Source of the DNA: Azolla caroliniana
Taxonomy: Eukaryota; Plantae; Polypodiophyta
Reading direction: 5' to 3'
DNA: 64,000 nt
Assembly (NCBI GenBank): GCA_043228905.1
Contig: JBHGNT010000018.1
Coordinates: forward strand, 5,394,001-5,458,000
Numbering within the stretch: position 1 is the stretch's first letter; every line of letters begins with the position of its first letter. Below the pieces are notes generated by a model. The model saw only the letters and a list, made by a program, of their open reading frames with translations, was not told where the DNA came from and made no database searches. Made by a program: the position numbers and the translations under genes. Positions 34,088 to 43,897 of this stretch are shown here, piece after piece.

Positions 34088-37000
34088 TCATGACACTATC
34101 CCCCCTTTAAAACGACGAGTGTCACGAGTCGTCTTGGATTGAGGACCCGGTTTGTGTGGATATTGACGATGGAAGTCTTCAAGAAGAGCACGAGCATTGG
34201 TTACATTCTCGATCGGTTCCCAAGTACGTTCGCTGGGACTATAGCCTAGCCAATCGACTAGATAGTAGAGCTTGTTGCGAACAATCTTGGAATCAAGGAT
34301 GGCGGCAACCTCGTACTCCGGCCCATCTTCAAGCTCGATCGGGGGTGGAGGTTGGATAAGACGTTCTGGGATGGTGCTCTCGTGGTAGGGTTCGAAGAGA
34401 GAACTATGAAACACCGGATGTATCCGAAGTTGAGGAGGTAGATCGAGACGAAAAGCGACATCATTAATCTTTCCAATAATACGGAAAGGACCTAATCGCC
34501 GATAATCCAACTTCTCACATGGGCGAGTAGCCTTGATGTGTCGTCGTAGCAGCCACACCCGATCTCCAATATTAAAACTAGATGGAAGTCGATGACGATC
34601 CGCGTAGACCTTGTGTGTTTGTTGAGCTTGCTGGAGATGAGTAGATAAATCTGCTTGTATCTTGCGTAACCGCTCCAAACGATCCTCCGTGCACGGATTT
34701 GTGGACACCTCTGGGGTTTCAAATACACTCCACCGGGGGTGACATCCCGTATAAGCATAAAATGGCGTAACTTTAGTGGATGCGTGGATAGAGTTGTTAT
34801 AGGCAAATTCGGCGAAGTGGAGAATATCTGCCCAGTCGTCCTGATGATAGCTGAGAAAGCACCGCAGATACTGCTCCAACGTTTGATTTGTTCGTTCAGC
34901 TTGGGCGTCAGTTTGTGGGTGGTAGCCGGAAGAGAGGTTACAAGTGACCTTGAGCATGTTAAAAAGGTGCTTCCAGAATTTTGACACGAACTGGGGTCCA
35001 CGATCGCTGATGATACTATCGGGGAGTCCATGATGCCGACATACTTCACGCATGACAATTTCGGCAGTGTCTTCACTGGAGATCTCCTTAGTACATGGCA
35101 AGAAATGAGCCATCTTCGTATATCGATCGACCACCGTTAGAATCGCATTGAACCCCTTAGAGACTGGAAGATCTGTGATGAAGTCTAGAGCAATGGATTG
35201 CCACGGCTTGCTTGGAATTGGTAATGGTTCTAATAAACCATATGGATGATGCCTTGGCATTTTCGCTCTGCAACATGTATCACAAGTCCGAACAAAATCC
35301 TTGACAAATTGTCGCATACAGGGCCACCAGAATGATCGTTGTACTAAATGTAATGTTTTAGTACTACCAAAATGCCCAGCTGTATATGTGTCATGACAGT
35401 TTTGTACTACTCGAAGCCGGCAAGAACCATTAGGAACATACAAAAGTTCTTTAAAGAAGAGTAATCCATCATGGTATTTGAATTGCCGATAGTCCGTACC
35501 TGGTGGTTGCGACTGTGAACACGACGTTCGAGAGGGATCAATTTGTGCTAGTATAGCTTGGGTGAACGCATCTGTCTTCAATTCTTCACGTATGGTATCG
35601 ATAACGCGGGAATCCATAGGCATGTCAAAGATTTGTGTTGCTTGTAGTCGTGCCGGTCCCAAGATGACTTGTTTTTGGTTATCGAAAGCTGGCTCGCCGG
35701 GACAGGGTGCTAGATACGAACGCCGTGATAATGCATCTGCCTTCCCTTGGTGCCTCCCCGGACGATATGTAATTTTGAAGTCGAAACGCGTGAGGAAGTG
35801 GGCCCACCGAGCTTGACGTCGATTCAGCACACGAGCATCCTGAAAGTAGGCAAGATTCTTGTGGTCACTAAATATGGTGACTGGATGAGAGGATCCCTCC
35901 AGAAAATGCCTCCATTGCATAAAAGAATCCACTATTGCCAATAGCTCCTTATCATGAATTTCGTAGTTGATTTCGGCGGCATCAAACTTGCGTGAGTGGA
36001 AAGCCACAAGATGTAGCTTTTCATCATTCCCCTGTTGTGACAGAATGCTCCCCAATGCAAAATCCGATGCGTCAGCTTCGATAATGAATGGCTTCTCCGG
36101 ATCGACATGAGCTAGAATTGGAGCCGATGTAAATGCTTTTTTAAGACTCTCGAAAGCCATGTCCGTTTCTTCAGACCAGATGAACGGTTGTCCCTTCCTG
36201 GTAAGTTGTGTGAGAGGTAGAACGATCTTTGAGTAATCTTGTATGAACTTCCGGTAAAAATTGGCAAAGCCTAAGAAGCATTGCACATCCCGTACCGAAC
36301 GCGGAGTCTGCCATTCTACCACCGTTTTGACCTTAGCTGGGTCCATGGAGATGCCTTCTGACGAAATGATGTAGCCGAGAAATTCCACTTGGTTGCACCC
36401 GAAACTACATTTTTCTAGCTTTGCATACAGACCATGTTCTCGAAGTCGTTTTAGTACTAATAGTACATGAGAATCATGTTCTTCTTGGGTCTTTGAATAA
36501 ACCAGTAGATCATCCAAATAGATGATCAAACAATCATCCAATAGATCTCGGAATATATCATTAGCCATGTGCTGGAAGACTGTCGGCGCATTAGTGAGGC
36601 CGAACGGCATGACAGTATACTCGAAGTGCCCATATCTGGTGCGAAACGCAGTCTTCCATTCGTCTCTTGGTCGGATCCGTCCGAGGTTATATGCTCCCCG
36701 TAAGTCGATCTTCGTGAAGAACCTGGCACCATTGATCCGTTCTAAAAGACTTGAGATAAGGGGAAGAGCATACGTATTCCTGATTGTAACCTTATTCAAG
36801 CCACGGTAATCTACAACGAGACGAAGCGATCCATCTTTTTTCTTGACGAAGAAAATGGGCGCACCGGCTGGAGATTTCGAATGCCGAATGAAACCATTTT
36901 CCAAATTCTCCTCTATATAGGCCCGAAGGACTTCCAGCTCGGTTGGTGACAAATTGTAGATCGGTCCCCATGGTGGCTCTTTTCCCGGTTGTAAATCGAT

Positions 37001-37680
37001 GGGGCAATCGTACGGTCGATGATGAGGAAGTGTGTTGGCTTGTACTTTATCGAACACATCGGTGTAATGACGATACTTCTCGGGAAGTTGAACGGTGGAT
37101 TCTTCTTTAGTGGTGTTGGAGGGGTTTACTGATATTGCAAAGAGGAACATTTCCTCCTTGTGCCCTTCTTTACGCAACTGACGTAGCGAAATGGTTGCCA
37201 TCTTCTGAGTTGACCCTTGGGTTTGTCGACACCGGATTTCTCTTGTTCTCCAATCTATGTCAGGGTTATGTAACTCGAACCACGGTAGTCCTAAAACTAT
37301 AGGATGTTCTGGGATACTAATAATATTAAATGATACTACACATGCTAAGTTATCTAGGACAATATTAATGGGCTCTGACTCTTCTAGGATATTTCCGGAA
37401 GCAATGGGACGTCCATCAATGACTACTACAGAGGCTGGACACTGGAGTTTTCTTAGGGATATCTTATGAGCTTGAGCAAATTTCTTATCCATAAAGCAAG
37501 AGTTAGCTCCGGAATCTAGGAGTGCTAGGACATGTACTGGAGGGGTACTTTTAGTACTAACTATTACTTGGGCTACGAATACATCACTAACTTGCTTAGT
37601 GGGAATGGAACCACTAATGGGTTGCACAGATCTAGGGCTGTCCAACCAAACGGCTCCTATTTTGGCTGGACTTAGTCGTT
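34088..37680 (-). CDS. pol: Pol of element A (PR-RT-RH-INT-chromodomain), in the -1 frame relative to gag
   Basis: Open frame of over 1185 aa: ALLDSGA, YLDD, EADASD, HHCC zinc finger, SDRG, GPF, chromodomain YEVAAILDS..YLVDWLGY..TWEP. No in-frame ATG at its start. Confidence 0.95.
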
Positions 37681-38823
37681 TAACTCTTCTTCTAACTGAC
37701 TAAGGACATCAAATTTGTTTGCTAGATCTAGGATATTAGTACTATTAGGACTATCAGATATCCCTACTGAAATAGGCTTGGATTTAGTACAATTAGAACT
37801 AGCGACTATTTGGTTTACCTGTCTTCTTGGCCTATGGGGGCAATTTATTGCGATATGTCCTGGTCCACCGCAGTAAAGACATAGTCGATTTGTACGGCGT
37901 CGCTGCTTTTCTTCTTCGGATAATGGCCCTCGACGACGTGTAGTGTCAATCTCCATCGGAGTCGGAGTATTCGTTGGAGGCGCATTATATGACTCCCTCG
38001 GAAAAGGTCTTGCTACCATTGAGGCGTAGGTGGGCTCTGATCTTGCCCTTGGCATCTGTAGCTGTCGTTTCGAACGTCGCTCAAAGAGGCGGTTGTCACA
38101 TCTCACCGCGCGACTGATTGCTTCTGTTAAGGACTTTGGCTCTTCGGGGAAGGTCAAGAGTAAATCCTTGACGTCGTTGCGTAAACCATAACGGAATTGC
38201 TCCATCAACGCTTGATCATCCCAAGGGATATCGGCGGCGAGTAGGCGAAAATCTGCAGTGTATGCGGAGGCTGGACGGTCACCTTGGCGTAATCGCCGGA
38301 TTTTGTTGATTGCGGTCCTGATGCTGTCAGTATCTCCGAAACATGCTTTAAACTCACCTAGAAACTCTTCAAAATTGTTGAGTAACGGAGATTCCTTTTC
38401 TAATAGTGGAGCGAACCATGACAACGCTGAGCTACTTAACAAAGTGCCTACTAAACCCACTCGTGATGCATCGGTGGGATATCGGGAAGGATGCATTTGA
38501 ATAACTAATCGTACCTGGTTAAGGAACCCTCTAAACTGTGATCGCGTTCCATCGAACTTCGTGGGAAGGCCAATCTTAGGTTCTTTATGAATCCCTTGTG
38601 TTCCGGGCCCGTGTTGTTGCATCGCTACGATGGTGGCTTCGAGTTGTTGCACGCGTAACGCAAGTTCCCCATGCTGTTGTTGCGTTTGCTGCTTTTCTAA
38701 GGAGATTTGCTGAAGATCCCCCAGCAACCGTTGGTTTTCTTGTTCCAAAGCATGGAACTTCTCCTTCAAGCATTGAAATTCTGAGAAAACAGATTGATAT
38801 TCTTCAGCGCTAACAGTGGCCAT
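37672..38823 (-). CDS. gag: Gag of element A (383 aa; coiled coil, sushi/PEG10-type capsid, CCHC knuckle)
   Basis: EPKIGLPTKFDGTRSQFRGF, LRQGDRPASAY, LCLYCGGPGHIAINC. Confidence 0.93.
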   Translation of the reverse strand: MATVSAEEYQSVFSEFQCLKEKFHALEQENQRLLGDLQQISLEKQQTQQQHGELALRVQQLEATIVAMQQHGPGTQGIHKEPKIGLPTKFDGTRSQFRGFLNQVRLVIQMHPSRYPTDASRVGLVGTLLSSSALSWFAPLLEKESPLLNNFEEFLGEFKACFGDTDSIRTAINKIRRLRQGDRPASAYTADFRLLAADIPWDDQALMEQFRYGLRNDVKDLLLTFPEEPKSLTEAISRAVRCDNRLFERRSKRQLQMPRARSEPTYASMVARPFPRESYNAPPTNTPTPMEIDTTRRRGPLSEEEKQRRRTNRLCLYCGGPGHIAINCPHRPRRQVNQIVASSNCTKSKPISVGISDSPNSTNILDLANKFDVLSQLEEELND

Positions 38824-39000
38824 AGGATGAAAGAAAAGAGGAATAAAAGATTAGTAGGACATGAGAGAGACAGAAGGTAGGGAAAATTGGTTCAAACTAT
38901 CATGAACAGTACTGAGACAGAGAAGGAATCAGTACTAAACGAAGGATTAGTACTACGAGAGGTGTGAACTTCTTCGAGAGAAGGGAGAAGTGAGTGAGAC

Positions 39001-39051
<51 letters not shown>

Positions 39052-39894
39052 GATGATAAGAAAGATATTTATTATATGAAGAGAATATACAACGGCGGCT
39101 AAAAGGATTAAGACTGGCGTTGAACCAATTTGGTTCAACATAATGCCTAGTGCCCTCTTTTATAGTGTTTTCAGGAGTAATCCTGAAGCTTCTAGAATGT
39201 TCCAGAGAAATCTGGAATATACACTAATTTCCTATAATAAAATGTAAATGAAAATAATATCCTACGTATTACAATAGATGTTCTAATGGTCAAGAGCTCG
39301 ACCCATATAACCTAAGGTCATGGGTTCGAGTCTTGCCATATCATGACACCCTGCGGTGTTCTCCTTTTGCTGCTGTAAGTCTGTGACATTCTGCTCGTTT
39401 GCTTTCTTTACCCATTCCGTTGCTTGTTTCCAGATGGTCTCCTGCGTCTCCCATTCTTTGGCCATGCCCTTCGACCTTGTGGTCACCTGCTGCAGGTCTG
39501 CCACCTTAGGGACTACCATATTTACCGCCGGTCGTTTTTCATAGCTCTTCACCAGGCATTGGTTACTATAATGGCCTTCCTGTCGGCAGTAATAGCAGTA
39601 GGCTTTCCGGGCATTGCTAGATTCGGCATTGTCTGTTGTACCCGGGGCAGGTCCTACGATACGCGCGGGGTTTTGTACCGGTTGGCTACTTGGAGCTCCT
39701 TGTTCCGGATCCCGAGGGTAGCCGCCTTTTTTAAAATGCCGTTTTTTGTTATAGCTCTTCTTATTACGGTACTCTTGACGGGGTTGCCCGTTATATCTGC
39801 CGTATTCCTCCCGTTGTTGACGATACCCGGGGGAGTGCTCCCAGTCGTACTGTTCGTATCGTCTATCGTAATCCTGGTACCGATTATGCCGGTC

Positions 39895-40020
39895 ATAGTT
39901 CTCTCGCCGATCACCGTACCGAACATCATTTTCCCGTTGATCGCCATACCGGACATCATTTTCCCGTCGCTCGCCATACCAGACATCATTTTCCCGTCGC
40001 TCGCCATACCGGACATCCTG
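39895..40020 (-). repeat. 30-bp coding minisatellite in the gag of E (DVRYGERREN x ~4)
   Basis: CGCCATACCGGACATCATTTTCCCGTCGCT unit repeated about four times. Confidence 0.88.
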
Positions 40021-42450
40021 TGCCGGTCGGTCACGATCCATTCGCCGCCAGCGTTCGTCTTCTTCATCCCGACTGCTGCGTGGCTCAATTTGTCGGACGG
40101 GCGGTGCTTGCCGAGTCAACAGATTATACTCGCACCTATCCGTCGTATGGCTCTTGGATTGACAGATTACACATTGCATTCTCATAGTGCATTCTAGAGC
40201 CGAGTGTCCGGAATTCAAGCAGGTTGTGCACTGTATTGCTTGCCGAAACCGGAGGTCTTCATCGGATGGTAACGCCCGTTGAAGTGCGCCCAGTGTGAGC
40301 CAGGAGCTTGTCTTTTCCATCTCTTTCACCCGGTCAATGACCTGGTCGATGGTACTTGTGCGGAAATCGATTACCGTGCAAACCGTGCGTAGGGGTTCCC
40401 GGAGCGCGTTTAGGAATATCGTCCGTAATTCCTCCTCCGAGGGTGCACGGGCAAGCTGACTATGCATCCGTTGAAACCAGATGACAAATTGGGGAATGCT
40501 CTCCCCTGCCTCTTGCCGGATGGTATAAAATAAGCCTACCATTATGGTCTGGTCCACCTCCTTTTGAAAAAAATGCATGAATTTAGCTTTTAAATCTGCA
40601 AAGGTGTTGATGGTAGACGGGTCCTGTGTCCGGCGCCATCTTGTTGTTGGTCCCTCCAATGTGACGCCAAATTCCGCTATCTTAGAGCGTTCTTCTTCTT
40701 CTGGGGTCAATCGCTGGGACACATGGTTGGCTTCCCATGTCTGTTCAAAGGCGTGAACATGAGCTTCCGCGTCCGGATCATCTCTATACTTGGAGTACTG
40801 GAACGGCATGTCGTCGTCCGGTATCGGTGCACGGGCTGGTAGTGTTGGTGCTCGTTCCGGAATTTTCTCCGGTGTCGGTGGTCTTTCCTGATTTGATTCC
40901 GGGGTCGGTTGTTTCTCTTCCTTTGGTGACGGAGGCCTCTCCTCTTCGACTTCCGGTGTCGGAGGTCGTTCTTCTTCTGCTGGTTCCGGGGGTTCCAGCA
41001 ATAGCACTTCCGGTTCCGGTTCCGGTGTCGGTAAGGTATCCGATCCTTCGTCCTCCGGTCCGCCCGGGGTTTCATTGCTGCTACGGTAGTTCGTGTGCAC
41101 GTTGTATTCCCCTTCGGAGTCCGATTCATATGCTGAAAAGGCCTCTGCTTCGCCTTCTCCGTTTGCCAACGTGTGGAGAAGGGATTCGGTTTCCCGGAGG
41201 CTGCTTAGGCTGCTGCCGTCGTCCGGGTGCGATGTTTGCTGTAACCAGAGGGAGTCCTCCGCTACTCTCCGGATTACGTTGGAAAACGAGCGATCCACTC
41301 TAATTTCCTGCGCCGCTTGCTGGAAAGCCTCGCGTCTCCTTTGCCTTTAGGCAAGGCGTCGAGTTCGATCTGTAACCAGGTCGTGCGTTGATCTAGACAT
41401 CCATCCGTGCCGTCGTTCGCTACAAAAACAGGAATCGTGGTCACCAAAAACTGTGTTAACTCTTCGGGCCGGACAATGGCCTAACACAGGGTGTCTACGT
41501 GAGACACTTCACCAAAGGGTGTTACGGCAACCGGATTAGACTTCAACGCTTAATCCGACTTAGTTAAGTTACTTATTAGGATCGTCTTTCATAACACGCG
41601 TAAGATATAACAGTTAAGACAGAACGACAATTAACACAGAGAGATAACAACGCTTAAGCTTTCATTAATTAACAACCCTCTATTACATTGTATCGGGGCC
41701 TTTAAATAGGTTTCCGGTCTGTATTACAAAACGGTGCCATCCGCACCTGTTCGGGATCGGTCCGGATCCGGAACGGCATACCGATTCTGGTCCGTCCGTC
41801 CACACTCATAGCTTAATTACAACCACATTCCTACTACTTAATTAGCTCTCTGTTTCCCACTCTGGACTCCTTTGCCGGCCGGTAACAGAGAAGCGAAAGA
41901 TGTGAGAGAGATAAGAAGAATTTGATAATGTATTAACAACGAGAGCAATGTTTACAAGAATATGACGAAGACTGGCGTTGAACCAGAATGGTTCATCAAT
42001 AGTCAAATACATGTTTATATAGCATGGTTTGGATACATGCATGCTTGCCACCTCATAGGCATGCATGATCGCCACTTGGCATTCATGCAAGAATGGCCCT
42101 TGGCAATCATGCATTAGCCTATGCAAGGTGGTGACATTTCAATAGTATTATTATATGTATTTCCTATTGATTAATAGAATTTATTATTTAATATATACAA
42201 TATAATGTATCCAAATGGATGGGTTGTATGCCTTCTTTGAGGAGGTCATGGGTTCGAATCACCATAAAGCTTATTGGGTTTCGTATACACATGACAGACA
42301 ACGATCAACAAAGGAACTGCGATAATCGTTCTTGTTTTTTTTTCTATTTTTTCTTCTCCATTCTAATCATGTATATGGTCATATTTAATTGTTTTTTCAT
42401 TAACTCAATGATGTTGTAGTGGTAATTAATTGGTTATATAAAACGTTTAC

Positions 42451-42710
42451 ATATGTGCACGAGGTCAATACCTCATTTGATATATATTTTATATGTGATT
42501 AGTGACGTATGCGTACGAGGTTAATACCTCAATTACGTATTGCGTTCACAAACATATGTTACGTTTGCGTATGAGGTCATTACCTTGATTTGTATGTAAA
42601 TGATATGCGTTTGGTGTTGTATGCGTATGAGGTCAATACCTCAATTGCGTATTATGATTAACCCTTATTTTTAGATGTTTCGTGTGCGTAGAGGGTATAT
42701 GCCTCGATTA
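42451..42710 (+). repeat. Array of five palindromic ~27-bp repeats with variable spacers (period 56,56,56,62)
   Basis: GAGG-N6/7-CCTC cores at 42461, 42517, 42573, 42629, 42691, each preceded by TGCGTAY-like sequence. Confidence 0.8.
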
Positions 42711-43897
42711 TGTATCTCGATTACATCATTTTTGGCTATTTTATATTACGATTTCTTTTATATATGTATATGTGATCATGTGTATACGTATTTGATCGTA
42801 TAGATGTGATAATATACATATGTGTATATAAGTTATTACGTGATTTGAATATCGAATGTTTTCCTTTTCGGGGAAAGGATCTTGGTGTCCGTCCTCACAT
42901 TTTTGTGAGAATGGCATTGTCATCATCTCTTTTTCAATAAATTTTTATTGTTGACATCCACGTTGGTGACTTCGATTTCGTTACGTAATGAAACAATCTT
43001 AGCCACAATGGTGTTGAGAACGTAGGGCTTGACCCACTTGATGTGAGGTCGCTCTTATGACACACATATCCAACATCCCTCCCTCATTACATGGATACGA
43101 TGCCACCATGAGATCATTCTTACGAAAGACATTCGTAATGACGTAACCATGTGATGGGCCACGTGAGCCTACTACGAAAAGAGGGCTCATTTGTCTTGAC
43201 CATTAGGTTGCACTTGGTGTATGCCATTGTAATTATGAGACTTGAGGTTAGGTAACGTACCAACAAAGTTTGTGGTAAACGAGGGGGAAATAAGGACTCT
43301 TGACATATATGTTTCTTTTAAAAAACCATATATGGGCAAATGCCTCACATATCTCTTATATGCATTAAATATTAAACATTCAAGAAGAGCAACCTACTTG
43401 GTTGGCTCAAGTGTTTAATCTATTTGTTCTCGAGGTCTCAAGTTCAAATATGACCAAGAGCATACAACATCGTTGATACATATGATTATAACACATGTTT
43501 AGACTTGAGGTCTAAGTGTAGTTCAGGCTCCTCATAATAGGACTTAAAGAGCCGAAACCACATATGTGGGCACGGAAACATAGTTTATTGTTAACATTTT
43601 TTTCATGTATAAACTATTCATGATGCAAACATACATGGTTGAGCCTTGGGGAGCTGCCATGAAAAAATCGATATAGAGATCAGGGAAAGACATTAATTTG
43701 TCACCCCCATGGTTTTTAAAACACCTTTGTGTTACCATAGTAACCTGATCTTCAACCTCATCTCATACGTCTAGAGGGGTATTGACGTGAGATCATGATA
43801 TCGATTAATGTTTGCCCATGATAAGTTTACATCACGACATGATGTTATGACTATTTGTCTGACCTTATCCTATTTCTTTGCCAAAAATAATCATTCA

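Larger units (their letters stand above)
33657..39348 (-). mobile_element. Young, apparently intact Tcn1-like chromovirus (element A) inserted in the gag-pol of E
   Basis: LTRs 33657-34095 and 38898-39348 differ by about 3 substitutions plus (GA)n length; TSD CCCTG (33652-33656, 39349-39353); PPT AAAGGGGGGATAG; uninterrupted gag and pol. Confidence 0.97.
26238..41887 (-). mobile_element. Athila-like non-chromoviral gypsy (element E) with extra 3' ORF, inserted in the 5' LTR of B
   Basis: LTRs 26238-26671 and 41454-41887 (TGTTAAC...GGTAACA); TSD GAGAA (26233-26237, 41888-41892). Gag ~41298-39354 with three CCHC knuckles, protease IIDGGSG (32815-33609), RT, RH (31355-32059), INT (30345-31265), GPY tail; no additional RNase H seen. 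Confidence 0.93.
18742..42296 (-). mobile_element. Tcn1-like chromoviral gypsy (element B) inserted in the leader of D; degenerate
   Basis: 5' LTR split into 26187-26237 and 41893-42296; 3' LTR remnant 18742-~18822; TSD GACAG/GACAA. Gag ~26040-24300 (LCLYCGGSGHIVITC), RT 23163-23942, RH 22849-23130, INT 22350-22674 and 18823-19516. Protease and chromodomain regions deleted. Confidence 0.88.

Noticed and set aside
34020-34090. Functional tRNA genes here and at 5450, 25320, 39275, 42205, 43395, 52299
   Set aside because: A/B boxes or T-arms are present, but acceptor and anticodon stems are not intact and there is no clear oligo-T terminator.
39283-39353. C-terminal ...GCHDMARLEPMTLGYMGRALDH of the 671-aa ORF
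   Set aside because: Read-through into the inserted LTR of element A; the real gag-pol continues at ~33651.
39424-40197. 257-aa plus-strand ORF and similar antisense or overlapping ORFs (e.g. 2122-2649, 34492-35076, 14963-15337)
   Set aside because: Shadows of real coding frames with no recognisable domains.
42451-42710. True CRISPR array
   Set aside because: Plant retrotransposon context, no cas genes, degenerate repeats; kept only as a structural finding.
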